Source of the DNA: an uncultured Clostridium sp. | Lineage (GTDB): Bacteria; Bacillota; Clostridia; TANB77; CAG-508 | DNA length: 64,000 nucleotides | Reading direction: 5' to 3' | NCBI GenBank assembly: GCA_947571115.1 | Contig: CANOWW010000010.1 | Location: forward strand, 6,142-70,141 | Shown here: piece after piece, positions 9,439 to 19,973 of the stretch | Layout of the letters: the number at the start of each line of letters is the position of its first letter | Numbering within the stretch: the first letter of the stretch is position 1 | The notes under the pieces: model-generated | The model's database searches: none | Seen by the model: only the letters and a program-made list of their open reading frames with translations | What the model was told of the DNA's origin: nothing | Program-made: the position numbers and the translations under genes

Positions 9439-11061
9439 CTATTTTTCTAATAAATACCCTTGTATTCTAAAATATCTAATTTCCGCATCATCCAAATATT
9501 CTAAATCAACATTTTCTACATAAAAATCTACGGTTTCACTTAAATTGACTAAATTATTTGCATCAAAATAATTCTTTGCTTCTTCTCGACTAATCGTATT
9601 TTTTTGCATCATTTCTTTTACAAAACTGCTAAAATCAAGTTCTTCCGTCCCTGTTTTAATGTGCCTTGTGTTGTCCTTGCTATATCCCTGTATGCTTCGG
9701 ATTTTGCGATAGTTGCTAATATCCAAATCTAGTTCTTTACTCCCTGAAAAATAATGAGTAGCAGCATAATCACTCTGTTCATTTTTGTGATATGAACTAA
9801 TCTCTGTTATTACTTCTTCTGACAAATAGTCTGGAATATACTTTTTACCATCTGTCTCTCGTTCCAAATAATGATAAGCACTTTTTACTTTCGCCTTTTC
9901 AGTTTCCTTCAAAAGTGCAAAATCTGCATTTTCTGGCAACCATTTTTCAATCATTTTTTTCTGACTTAAATTAGATATATTTTCATATCCAAGTGGAGTC
10001 AAAACAGCAACAAACACAAGAATTGCTGCGCCAATTAACGTAAAGCTCAGTTTTTCCTTCTTTTTATAAAAAGTAAGCCCCAAACAAATCACTTGAAATA
10101 CAATAAAAACACATGAAATATAGCGCATTGGCGTCACGCCAAATTCTGCAATTCTGACCACAATAGCGTATATTTCTAAAAAGATAAATGGAACATATAA
10201 CACGGGCAATGTTTTGGCCATTTTTCCAACCCATTTTTTCTCTTCACTACAACAACTTGCCATATTCCACACAGGAAATGCCACCACAAAAATCCCAGCT
10301 AATATCCTAAAAATCACATTTTTCGGCATATCTCTTAAAATCAGAATTTTAGCAATATACAGGTACACAATTGCCATCGCTATGTTTACCAATAAAAGTA
10401 AAACATAATTCACTAACCCCCTAATAAATGTATTGATTTCCTTCTGATTAATCGCGCTAATCGTGTACAAAATCGAAGGTACATAAAATAAACCATACAA
10501 TAATATAAAAATTCTCACAAGCCCGCTATTTCCTTTGCCCTCTAATAACAGCACATTAAAAATCTCAAAAATTAAAACAAAACCAATATTCAAAATCACA
10601 TAAATAATCGTCATGCTCAGCAAGTCTCTAAACACACCAAGTAAATATCTTTCAAAAGTCAATTTACTTTTTTTAATGACTTGATAAATACTGATTAAAA
10701 TTAAAACAGCAATATAAGTTGCCAAAATTTTTGCACACAGATTTGCTACACTTGAGGTTAACTCAATACAAGTCAGTCGTATAAAAATTCCACTTATCAT
10801 TCCAGTTGTCACATAACTTGTCATTTTAATTCGTTTCATTTCAAAAAAAGTTTCTGTAAAAAAAGTCCCCACAAGCCAAATGGCACAAAATGTTTCGACT
10901 CTTTCAAGAAGTTCTCTTGTATTTCTTGAAAAATTCTGGTCAACTATAACCGTAAACAGCAACGTCAAAAATAAAATCAGCGCCATAGTCACAGGGAATT
11001 TTTTTAATAAATCTCGTAATTCTTGCGACAATTTGGATAATAAATTCTTTATTTGATTCAT
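9439..11061 (-). CDS. polytopic membrane protein with soluble C-terminal domain (DUF4153-like)
   Basis: About 10 predicted TM helices followed by a 180-aa hydrophilic tail. The family assignment is tentative. Confidence 0.55.
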   Translation of the reverse strand: MNQIKNLLSKLSQELRDLLKKFPVTMALILFLTLLFTVIVDQNFSRNTRELLERVETFCAIWLVGTFFTETFFEMKRIKMTSYVTTGMISGIFIRLTCIELTSSVANLCAKILATYIAVLILISIYQVIKKSKLTFERYLLGVFRDLLSMTIIYVILNIGFVLIFEIFNVLLLEGKGNSGLVRIFILLYGLFYVPSILYTISAINQKEINTFIRGLVNYVLLLLVNIAMAIVYLYIAKILILRDMPKNVIFRILAGIFVVAFPVWNMASCCSEEKKWVGKMAKTLPVLYVPFIFLEIYAIVVRIAEFGVTPMRYISCVFIVFQVICLGLTFYKKKEKLSFTLIGAAILVFVAVLTPLGYENISNLSQKKMIEKWLPENADFALLKETEKAKVKSAYHYLERETDGKKYIPDYLSEEVITEISSYHKNEQSDYAATHYFSGSKELDLDISNYRKIRSIQGYSKDNTRHIKTGTEELDFSSFVKEMMQKNTISREEAKNYFDANNLVNLSETVDFYVENVDLEYLDDAEIRYFRIQGYLLEK

Positions 11062-11069
11062 AAAACCCC

Positions 11070-12206
11070 CTAAACATTTCTATCCTCAATATTAATTTGA
11101 CCATCAATTTGTTCCTCAGGCTCCTCATTATCTCCTAGCAAACGTTGTTTAAAAAATTCTTTATATCCCATTGCAATAATGACAATAATAATCAGCGCAA
11201 ATGACAACGCTTTCCAAATTCCACTTTCCATTAAAATAATCGCAAACATCCCAAAAGTCGCACTCAAACCATACAAAATCAAAACTGCTTGCTTTTGCGT
11301 AAAACCTTTTTGCAACATTTTATGATGCAAATGTCCTGCATCTGGTTCAATAATCGCTTTTAGGGATTTGCCATGAATTAATCTTCTAAAAATCGCAAAA
11401 ACCGTGTCAAACAAAGGCAATGCCAACACAATCAGTGGTGCTACAATCACAATTGCTGTATACGTTTTCGCAATCCCCAAAATAGAAATAACGGACAAAC
11501 AATATCCCAAAAAATTAGAGCCTGTATCGCCAATAAAAGTTTTGGCTGGATTAAAATTATATGGCAAAAAGCCAACCAAGGACCCACATAACGCCGTAAT
11601 CAAAATAATGGAAATAATCGGCGAGCCATTCAGCGAAAAAATCATCAAAAGCGATACACAAGAAATAATGGAAATTCCTGTCGATAATCCGTCCAATCCA
11701 TCAATTAAATTAAGCGCATTTGTAATTCCGATAATCCAACAAACCGTCAAAATTTCATAAAATAATTCACTATCACTATCAATTTTAATAAATGGAATAT
11801 CAATCGAATCAATGATAATTCCCGATTTTACCACAACAATAGCTGCTACAATTTGTGCCATTAATTTTACAATCGCCTTCGTCCCTTTCACATCATCATA
11901 AAAACAAACAACACCAATAATCAATCCGCCCATTGCAAACCCCAGCAATTTTGTATAGTAATTCTCTTTTGATAAATCAATATTTCCCTCCATAGTCATC
12001 ACAATCAGCAAATAAACGATTGATATAATAAAGCCAGCAATTACAGCCAAACCACCCAGTCTTGGCATTGTGATTTTATTGATGCGTCTTTCATCCTCTG
12101 GATAATCCACAGCTCCCAGCTTTTTCGCCAATCGAATTGTCTGTGGTGTCATCATAAAAGCTGTCATAAAAGCAATCATAAAAGCAATTGCTATATCTCC
12201 CCACAT
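11070..12206 (-). CDS. MraY/WecA-family polyprenyl-phosphate N-acetylhexosamine-1-phosphate transferase (TagO/WecA-like)
   Basis: Motifs NALNLIDGLDGLSTG and FIGDTGSNFLGY, plus the typical GT4 (MraY-like) topology. Confidence 0.85.
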   Translation of the reverse strand: MWGDIAIAFMIAFMTAFMMTPQTIRLAKKLGAVDYPEDERRINKITMPRLGGLAVIAGFIISIVYLLIVMTMEGNIDLSKENYYTKLLGFAMGGLIIGVVCFYDDVKGTKAIVKLMAQIVAAIVVVKSGIIIDSIDIPFIKIDSDSELFYEILTVCWIIGITNALNLIDGLDGLSTGISIISCVSLLMIFSLNGSPIISIILITALCGSLVGFLPYNFNPAKTFIGDTGSNFLGYCLSVISILGIAKTYTAIVIVAPLIVLALPLFDTVFAIFRRLIHGKSLKAIIEPDAGHLHHKMLQKGFTQKQAVLILYGLSATFGMFAIILMESGIWKALSFALIIIVIIAMGYKEFFKQRLLGDNEEPEEQIDGQINIEDRNV

Positions 12207-12247
12207 TTTAACAACCTTTCTTAAGCCTCGTAAATCAACTTACAAAA

Positions 12248-12694
12248 CTATTTCATATTTTTGTTTTCAATATCTGTAATCATCTGCACTCTTTCTTTAT
12301 GTCTACCTCCCATAAACTCAGTACCAAGCCAAGCTCTTAAAATAACCACCGCTTCTGATATATTAATAAATCTTCCCGGCAAAGCAATAATATTCGCATC
12401 ATTATGCGCCTTTAGTAACTTCGCAACTTCTTCATTCCAACAAGAAGCACAACGAATTCCTTTAAATTTATTCGCAAAAATGCTCATACCAAACCCAGTA
12501 CCACAAATCAAAATTCCTTTTTCACAATCCTTGCTCTGAACCGCTCTAGCAACTTGTTCCCCATACAATGGATAATCTGTTCTCTCTTCTGAATACGTCC
12601 CAAAATCTTTATATTCAATTCCTTGTTCTTCTAAATATTTTTTAATTTCTTCCTTTAATTTATATCCTCCATGATCACAACCAATTGCTATCAT
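12248..12694 (-). CDS. rpiB: ribose-5-phosphate isomerase B
   Basis: MIAIGCDHGGYKLKEEI...ICGTGFGMSIFANK is typical of the RpiB/LacAB family. 148 aa. Confidence 0.85.
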   Translation of the reverse strand: MIAIGCDHGGYKLKEEIKKYLEEQGIEYKDFGTYSEERTDYPLYGEQVARAVQSKDCEKGILICGTGFGMSIFANKFKGIRCASCWNEEVAKLLKAHNDANIIALPGRFINISEAVVILRAWLGTEFMGGRHKERVQMITDIENKNMK

Positions 12695-12767
12695 CTTTTA
12701 TCCTCCTTTATTTTTCCAGAAAAATTCCTAAATTTTCCTATATAAATATTATATATCATACAAACAT

Positions 12768-13847
12768 TTACAAAATATTTCCTTTTTGTGAATTTTTTGT
12801 GAATTTTCCACCACCCACCACAACATCTTTTTGATAAAAAACAGCGGATTGTCCCGGCGTAATCGCCCTTTGTGGTTCTTCAAAAACAACTTTTATGTAA
12901 TTTTTCTCTTGTATAATTTTCGCCCTTGTTGCTTTCGTAGAATATCTTGTCTTTACATCTACTTCTATTGGCTCCAAAATGTCATCTACCAACAACAAAT
13001 TAAACTCTTCCACCAAAGCCTCTTTCGTATATAATTCCTGTTCTTCACCAACAATGACTTCATTTTTTTCACGATTAAACCCCAGCACAAAAAGTGGCGT
13101 CTGATGCGCAATTCTCAAGCCTTTTCGTTGCCCAATTGTATAATAATACAATCCCTTATGTTGTCCCAAAACTTCGCCTTTCACATTTACAATATTTCCC
13201 ACTTGAGGTTTTATTTTTGAATGGCTTTCCAAAAATTTTTTATAATTGCCATCTGGAACAAAGCAAATATCCTCACTATCTGGTTTACTTGCAACCTTCA
13301 AATTTCTCGCCTTTGCCAATTCACGAATTTCCTCTTTACTCTCAAAGTCCGAAAGTGGAAACAAAATGTGTTCTATCAAATCTTTTGGCATATTCCACAA
13401 AACATAACTCTGGTCCTTTTTCTCATTCTTTGACTTTTTCAAAACCCATTTTTGATATTGTGTGCTAAATTCCGTTTTAGCATAATGTCCTGTTGCCAAA
13501 AAATCACACCCAAGTTCCTGCGCCTTTTCCCACATCAACTCAAACTTCATATATTTATTACACTCAATACACGGATTTGGCGTTTTGCAACTTGCATAAA
13601 CTTCTATAAAATTGTCAATCACAAATTTCTGAAATTCTTTTTTATAATCATAGATAAAATGCGGAATTCCAATTTGGTTGCACACATTTTTCGCATCCAA
13701 ATAAGTCTCTGTATCACAGCAACTGCTTCCTGCAAACAATTCTAACGTGCAACCAATCACTTCATATCCTTGTTCTTGCAAAAGCACAGCCGCCACAGAA
13801 CTATCCACGCCCCCACTCATTCCTAATAAAACTTTTTTATTTTTCAT
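12768..13847 (-). CDS. mnmA: tRNA 2-thiouridine(34) synthase
   Basis: PP-loop GMSGGVDSSVAA, the CIECNKYMKF motif, and a length of 359 aa. Confidence 0.9.
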   Translation of the reverse strand: MKNKKVLLGMSGGVDSSVAAVLLQEQGYEVIGCTLELFAGSSCCDTETYLDAKNVCNQIGIPHFIYDYKKEFQKFVIDNFIEVYASCKTPNPCIECNKYMKFELMWEKAQELGCDFLATGHYAKTEFSTQYQKWVLKKSKNEKKDQSYVLWNMPKDLIEHILFPLSDFESKEEIRELAKARNLKVASKPDSEDICFVPDGNYKKFLESHSKIKPQVGNIVNVKGEVLGQHKGLYYYTIGQRKGLRIAHQTPLFVLGFNREKNEVIVGEEQELYTKEALVEEFNLLLVDDILEPIEVDVKTRYSTKATRAKIIQEKNYIKVVFEEPQRAITPGQSAVFYQKDVVVGGGKFTKNSQKGNIL

Positions 13848-13863
13848 TTTTAATTCCTAACTC

Positions 13864-13893
13864 TTGACATTTTTATTCAAAATATTGTATAAT
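13864..13893 (+). promoter_or_regulatory. near-consensus sigma-A promoter (TTGACA-18-TATAAT) firing rightwards, antisense to the small-peptide mRNA
   Basis: TTGACA at 13864-13869 and TATAAT at 13888-13893. No plus-strand protein gene lies downstream. Confidence 0.6.
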
Positions 13894-13898
13894 AAAGA

Positions 13899-13985
13899 TA
13901 AGAAATGACAATCCAAATGTGGTTGCCACAATGTGTAAATAGCACACATCGCTAGCAAAAACGAGATGTGTGCTGTTATTTTATT
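13899..13985 (+). ncRNA. candidate antisense sRNA (putative type I antitoxin), about 85 nt
   Basis: Predicted from the promoter above plus the hairpin AGCACACATC...GATGTGTGCT (13941-13974) followed by GTTATTTTATT. It overlaps the 3' UTR and stop codon of the minus-strand peptide gene. Confidence 0.4.
13903..13929. repeat. left arm of long inverted repeat flanking the peptide gene
   Basis: AAATGACAATCCAAATGTGGTTGCCAC pairs with 14124-14151 as 9-bp and 13-bp helices separated by an internal loop. Confidence 0.8.
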
Positions 13986-14082
13986 CCTTGTTCATAAAAT
14001 GCATTAATATAACTGCTATCAAGGCTACGTTTATAGTTAGGGAAAACCCTAATATGTAAAATATAATTAGTAAAAATTCCAT
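13981..14082 (-). CDS. 33-aa hydrophobic peptide, type I toxin-like (MEFLLIIFYILGFSLTINVALIAVILMHFMNKE)
   Basis: GGAGGTGG lies 5 nt before ATG 14082. The peptide has a single TM helix plus a polar C-terminus. It is below the ORF-track size cutoff and was found by hand translation. Confidence 0.5.
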   Translation of the reverse strand: MEFLLIIFYILGFSLTINVALIAVILMHFMNKE

Positions 14083-14123
14083 AAACACCACCTCCATTCT
14101 CATAGCAAAAGCTATGTATTTGG

Positions 14124-14151
14124 GTGGCAACCACATCTGTTTATTGTCATT
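14124..14151. repeat. right arm of the inverted repeat (5' end of the peptide mRNA)
   Basis: GTGGCAACCACATCTGTTTATTGTCATT is complementary to 13903-13929. Confidence 0.8.
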
Positions 14152-14163
14152 CCTTAGTTAACT

Positions 14164-14192
14164 ATTTTACAATGTTTTTTATGATTTGTCTA
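14164..14192 (-). promoter_or_regulatory. minus-strand promoter TAGACA-17-TAAAAT for the peptide mRNA
   Basis: The -35 box is the reverse complement of 14187-14192 and the -10 box of 14164-14169. The predicted start lies just upstream of the 5' repeat arm. Confidence 0.5.
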
Positions 14193-14227
14193 CTACTTTT
14201 TAAATTTCTTTTCGTCATTTTTTGACA

Positions 14228-14665
14228 TTATTTTTCATTTTTACTCAAAATATCCTCCATGGTATGCCATGCCAAAAGCGCGCATTTCACACGTGCTGGC
14301 ATATTTGATACATTTTTAAACGCAATCGCATCTTCCAGCCCCCTCAAATCCTCTTCATTTGTTATTTCTCTTTTTATCATCCCAATAAATGTCCCAATAA
14401 TTTCCTTCGCCTCTTCTATCGTTTTTCCTTTTAAAGTATCAATCATAATCGAGGTAGAACTCAAAGAAATTGCGCAGCCATGCCCTGAAAAAGCCATATC
14501 TTCAATCACATTTCCATTCAATTTTAACTCTAATGTAATCTCGTCTCCACAATTTGGATTATGCCCCATTTCTTCAAAATCAGCATTTTGCAACTTTTTC
14601 TTGTTGTAAGAATTCATACTATGCTCCATAATCAAATCATTGTAAATATCTTCTAACTCGTCCAT
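14228..14665 (-). CDS. sufU: SUF-system Fe-S cluster scaffold/sulfur acceptor SufU (NifU/IscU-like)
   Basis: Motifs NPNCGDEITLELKL, GHGCAISLSS and the PARVKCALLAW cysteines. Confidence 0.85.
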   Translation of the reverse strand: MDELEDIYNDLIMEHSMNSYNKKKLQNADFEEMGHNPNCGDEITLELKLNGNVIEDMAFSGHGCAISLSSTSIMIDTLKGKTIEEAKEIIGTFIGMIKREITNEEDLRGLEDAIAFKNVSNMPARVKCALLAWHTMEDILSKNEK

Positions 14666-14677
14666 ATTTCCTCCAAA

Positions 14678-15896
<1,219 letters not shown>

Positions 15897-15909
15897 TTCT
15901 CCCCCTTTT

Positions 15910-15944
15910 GAACTATTAAAGAATCTTTAATAGTTCGTTTTTTT
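15910..15944. repeat. palindromic element copy 1 (GAACTATTAAAGAATCTTTAATAGTTC + T-run)
   Basis: 12-bp perfect stem with a 3-nt loop. The same element occurs at 16200, 17373 and 22249. Confidence 0.85.
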
Positions 15945-15947
15945 ATT

Positions 15948-16401
15948 CTACCCAAACATAATCCTTACTAGCCAGATTCCTAAAATCATCCCACACAATA
16001 AAATCAAAATTTCTTTTTTATGCGCTTCCCTTTTCTCCTTCATTTTAACTTCATTAACAATATGTTTTTTCAAAACTTGCATAGCCCACATGCGAAAATC
16101 ACTCGCTCTTTTTGAATTAATACGATAACCGAACCGCAATAATCACATCTAAACTATATAACAAGACTTGCCTTGTTACTTCTCTTGCACCCTCATTTTG
16201 AACGATTAAAGAATCTTTAATCGTTCGTTTTTCGTCTAATTCGTTTGCTTCATAAATATTTTTAATATGTACATTAATATTGGCAACAGTTGTATCAAAC
16301 AATTCAGCCATTGCTTTTTGCGTCAGCCAAATATTTTCATCTTTAAAAGTAACATCAATACTCGTCGTTCCCTCTTCCGTTTTATACAATACTTTTTCCA
16401 T
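15948..16401 (-). pseudogene. rhuM: rhuM-family (virulence protein RhuM-like) remnant, C-terminally truncated; also carries a CGG +1 site (16129-16131)
   Basis: WLTQKAMAELFDTTVANINVHIKNIY...VTRQVLLYSLDVIIAV|GYRINSKRASDFRMWAMQVL matches the N-terminal third of RhuM. The remainder is replaced by a short hydrophobic tail. Confidence 0.6.
16200..16232. repeat. palindromic element copy 2, inside the rhuM remnant
   Basis: GAACGATTAAAGAATCTTTAATCGTTC. It differs from copy 1 by a compensatory T>G / A>C pair that keeps the stem intact. It encodes ...RTIKDSLIVQ... Confidence 0.85.
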
Positions 16402-16424
16402 TTCATTTCTCCTTTGATTATAAA

Positions 16425-17267
16425 TTAACCATTTACTTTTTTCAAACTTTTCTTACCTTCCTTTTCCAATAGTTTCAAACTCTTTTTTGGCGTTGGCAAA
16501 TCCTCCGGCATCATTCCACCAAGGTCTTTAATCGTATTTCTTATTTTGATTCCCACTTCATAATGAGCTTCATTTGCCTCTTTTTCCGATTGTATGTTAT
16601 CCCTCTTTAACTTCTGTTCTGCTTGGGAAATTCTAAACAAATTTGCTATTAATTCATCGCTTCCCATATTATCTAAAATATTTTCTCGATATCGCAGCCC
16701 TTTTCTCTTCGCAATATCGTCAGCCGTTTCTCCATTGTACAATCCTTTATAACCAAAATTATGAAATTTATCAAAATTTTTAACTCCTGCTTTTTTAGCC
16801 GTTTGATTTAATGAATAATTACCTTTTCTCGTTAAATTTCTCTGATAAAATCGCTTTTCATCTTCTGTTAAAGAATTATACTCTCTTTCACTAATTTCTT
16901 GCTTCCTCGTTTGAATAGCAAAATATGTTTGAGCAAGTGCAATAACTTCCTTTCTACTATCCCCATTTTGTGCAATTAAATAACAAGCATAACGAGTTAG
17001 CTTATAATCTCGAATATTTTTTGTCGCTCCTTTAGGCATCTTTATCGTTTTGTCGGCGCCGACAAAATGTTCAACCTTACTATTACCAGCATTTTCACAC
17101 GATTTTTTTGCTTTTTCAATGACATTTTCAAACTTTCGCCACTCTTTATAATCTAAAACTCTCTGCAATTCTCTTGCATACCAATATTCTGTTCCAACTT
17201 CGTCGACATGTTTAATGTCTTCAAAATTCTCATTTGTATCCATTTTATTCTTTTTCAATTTATTCAT
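16425..17267 (-). CDS. dinD: DNA damage-inducible protein D (DinD-like)
   Basis: Motifs EYWYARELQRVLDYKEWRKFENVIEKAK and DYKLTRYACYLIAQNGDSRKEVIALAQTYFAIQTRKQE are characteristic. The start at ATG 17267 has a GGAG RBS. Confidence 0.75.
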   Translation of the reverse strand: MNKLKKNKMDTNENFEDIKHVDEVGTEYWYARELQRVLDYKEWRKFENVIEKAKKSCENAGNSKVEHFVGADKTIKMPKGATKNIRDYKLTRYACYLIAQNGDSRKEVIALAQTYFAIQTRKQEISEREYNSLTEDEKRFYQRNLTRKGNYSLNQTAKKAGVKNFDKFHNFGYKGLYNGETADDIAKRKGLRYRENILDNMGSDELIANLFRISQAEQKLKRDNIQSEKEANEAHYEVGIKIRNTIKDLGGMMPEDLPTPKKSLKLLEKEGKKSLKKVNG

Positions 17268-17372
17268 GAAATCAACTCCATTTCTTATTTTCGCAATTAT
17301 ACTACAGTTATAAATAAATTGCAATAATTTTTACAAAAATTTGTTTTGATTTCAAAGAGTTTTTCTTTATTT

Positions 17373-17400
17373 CAACTATTAAAGCTTCTTTAATAGTTCA
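17373..17400. repeat. palindromic element copy 3 (CAACTATTAAAGCTTCTTTAATAGTTCA)
   Basis: Same stem as copy 1 with a different loop. It lies immediately after the sufD stop. Confidence 0.8.
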
Positions 17401-17402
17401 TT

Positions 17403-18467
17403 CTAATCCAACTTCTCATCCATTTTTTGCAAAATAAATTCTCTAATTCCTTCATTTTTTATTTTTGCCAAAATTTTATTAAATTTGGCTCGAACCATTA
17501 ATTTCATAGCTTCTTTTTCATTAAAACCTCGGCTCATCATATAAAACAATTCTTTTTCGTTAATCCTGCCCGCAGAACTACTATGATTTCCTTCGACCTC
17601 TTCTTCAGAGCACAAAAGCATGGGAAGCGAAATTGACTTTGCCGTATCAGAAAGCAGCATACATGCCTCATTTTCACTGCCTTTTGCTTTTTTACACCCC
17701 TTTTTGAAATCAATCGTTCCTTTGAAATGCTTTTTGGCAGTATCTTTCAAAGCTCCTTGCACTTCCATGTTAACTTTTGATTTCTCTCCACTTAATTCCG
17801 TTATATAATTCAAATCAAATATCTGATTTTCTTTACCTAAATAAATCGCATCAATCCTATGTTCTGACAACTTTCCTGCTAAATTAGAATATAAATTGGT
17901 TACACTCTTTTTACCACCAAAATCAACAACGCAAAACTGTACTTTTGCATTTTCTTCCAATGTATTTTCAATCGCCATAAAATGAGTGGCATTTGTATTC
18001 AACAAATTAAGTAAAACAATATTTATATTTGCATTTTTCTGTGCTGTCACTCGCAAAATTCCATTGTGATAACAAGTCAAATCTTTTTCTGACTGATACA
18101 TTAAAATAACTGTTGCTTTTACATTTTCACTTGCCATAATTTCAATATCGTCAACTAAATTCAGATTTTGATTATCCAAGTAAAACTCAATTTTTTCCTC
18201 TTTTTCTGCGGCGCCCGTAATGTTAACATGCACTTTTTGGTTTGCTTGTTTACGAACTTGATTTGTTAGCTCTTCACTCAAACCAAACTTCAAATCAATT
18301 GGACCGCAATTTTCATCTATTTTTATTTTCTCACTCTGTCCCGTTTTCTTAACATTAGCAAAACTCGCAATATTTTCAGAAATTAGAATATTTTCTAACT
18401 TGATGTTATTAATGTTAAAATTTCGTGACGTCCTCACAGGCGTCTCATTTAATTTCGTTATTTCCAT
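17403..18467 (-). CDS. sufD: Fe-S cluster assembly protein SufD
   Basis: SufB/SufD-family beta-helix protein. C-terminal motif EVEGNHSSSAGRINEKELFYMMSRG. Abuts sufB directly. Confidence 0.85.
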   Translation of the reverse strand: MEITKLNETPVRTSRNFNINNIKLENILISENIASFANVKKTGQSEKIKIDENCGPIDLKFGLSEELTNQVRKQANQKVHVNITGAAEKEEKIEFYLDNQNLNLVDDIEIMASENVKATVILMYQSEKDLTCYHNGILRVTAQKNANINIVLLNLLNTNATHFMAIENTLEENAKVQFCVVDFGGKKSVTNLYSNLAGKLSEHRIDAIYLGKENQIFDLNYITELSGEKSKVNMEVQGALKDTAKKHFKGTIDFKKGCKKAKGSENEACMLLSDTAKSISLPMLLCSEEEVEGNHSSSAGRINEKELFYMMSRGFNEKEAMKLMVRAKFNKILAKIKNEGIREFILQKMDEKLD

Positions 18468-19868
18468 TTACCCAATTGCTCCTTCTAACTCCAAATTAAT
18501 CAAATTGTTCATTTCTACTGCATATTCCACTGGTAACTCTTTTGAAATAGGATACGCAAAACCTCTGACTATCAAGCCTAATGCATCTTCTTCTGACAGC
18601 CCTCGGCTCATCAAATAAAAAATCGTTTTATCACTAATTTTACCAATTTTTGCCTCATGCGAAAATTCCACTTCGTCTGTTTGAATATCGTTTACTGGAA
18701 TGGTATCAGAAACAGAAATATCATCCAACATCAGTGATTCGCAAGAAACTGAAGATTTGGAATGTTTCGCATTTTCGCCAATACGCACCAAGGAACGATA
18801 CGTGCATTTTCCGCCATTTTTTGAAATCGATTTCGCATTTATCACGCTTGATGTATTTTCGCTATTATGAACCACTTTAAAACCATTATCCAAATTCTGC
18901 CCTTTTCCAGCAAAAGAAATCCCTGTAAATTCCGTTTTGGCGCCCTCTCCATTCAAAATGCTCATCGGATACAACATCGAAATTTTAGAGCCAAACGAAC
19001 CAGACACCCAATCCATTTTGGCATTTTTCCCAACAATTGCCTTTTTTGTGTTCAAATTTAACATATTTTTAGACCAATTTTCAATGGTCGAATAACGCAA
19101 ATAAGCGTTATCTTTCACATACAACTCCACACAACCCGCATGTAGATTGACTTTGTTGTATTTGGGCGCCGAACAACCTTCAATAAAATGCAAACTTGCA
19201 CCTTCATCAACAATAATAAGAGTATGCTCAAATTGCCCAGATTCTGGAGAATTCAAGCGAAAATATGATTGCAGAGGAATGTCAACCTTAACGCCTTTTG
19301 GCACATACACAAACGAGCCACCTGACCACACAGCCCCATGCAAAGCCACAAATTTGTGGTCATAAACTGGTACACATTTCATAAAATGACTTTTAACCAA
19401 ATCCGGATATTCTTTGAGCGCCGTTTCCATATCTGTGTACACAACGCCCTGCTCTAGTAATTCCTGTTTCATGCTATGATAGACAACTTCGGAATCGTAC
19501 TGCGCACCAACTCCTGCCAACGACGTTTTCTCCGCTTCTGGAATGCCGAGTTTATCAAACGTATTCTTAATGTCTTCCGGCACATCCTCCCACGAATTAT
19601 GAAGTTGCGATTTGGGGCGCACATATGTTGCAATTTCGCTCATGTCTAACTCACTTAAATCTGGCCCCCAAGTTGGAAGTTCCAATTCATTGTAAACTTG
19701 CAATGCTTTTAATCGAAATGCTCGCATCCAATCTGGGTCATTTTTCTGATTTGAAATTTCTTCAATAATTTCAGGCGTCAAGCCTTTTTTTATCTTGAAA
19801 TCGTATTCGTCTTTGTTTTTAAACTCGTAAATATTTCGATTAATTTCTTTAATTTCAGTTTTACTCAT
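18468..19868 (-). CDS. sufB: Fe-S cluster assembly protein SufB
   Basis: 466 aa. Motifs FEHTLIIVDEGASLHFIEGCSAP and HEAKIGKISDKTIFYLMSRGLSEEDA. Confidence 0.9.
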   Translation of the reverse strand: MSKTEIKEINRNIYEFKNKDEYDFKIKKGLTPEIIEEISNQKNDPDWMRAFRLKALQVYNELELPTWGPDLSELDMSEIATYVRPKSQLHNSWEDVPEDIKNTFDKLGIPEAEKTSLAGVGAQYDSEVVYHSMKQELLEQGVVYTDMETALKEYPDLVKSHFMKCVPVYDHKFVALHGAVWSGGSFVYVPKGVKVDIPLQSYFRLNSPESGQFEHTLIIVDEGASLHFIEGCSAPKYNKVNLHAGCVELYVKDNAYLRYSTIENWSKNMLNLNTKKAIVGKNAKMDWVSGSFGSKISMLYPMSILNGEGAKTEFTGISFAGKGQNLDNGFKVVHNSENTSSVINAKSISKNGGKCTYRSLVRIGENAKHSKSSVSCESLMLDDISVSDTIPVNDIQTDEVEFSHEAKIGKISDKTIFYLMSRGLSEEDALGLIVRGFAYPISKELPVEYAVEMNNLINLELEGAIG

Positions 19869-19920
19869 GATTTTTTCCTTTCTATTGAAAAATAGCGTTC
19901 CCAGCTTCTTGACTTTTATG
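19860..19920. repeat. 61-bp direct repeat, copy 1 (contains the sufB start codon and RBS)
   Basis: TTTACTCATGATTTTTTCCTTTCTATTGAAAAATAGCGTTCCCAGCTTCTTGACTTTTATG. It matches 20627-20687 at 60 of 61 positions. Confidence 0.9.
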
Positions 19921-19937
19921 TTAATTTATGATATAAT
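19909..19937 (+). promoter_or_regulatory. plus-strand promoter TTGACT-17-TATAAT, divergent from sufB
   Basis: The -35 box lies inside the 61-bp repeat. The -10 box is at 19932-19937, upstream of the 19974 ORF. Confidence 0.55.
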
Positions 19938-19973
19938 ATTAGTATTAAATATTTAGAAAAGAGAGGTGCTTTT

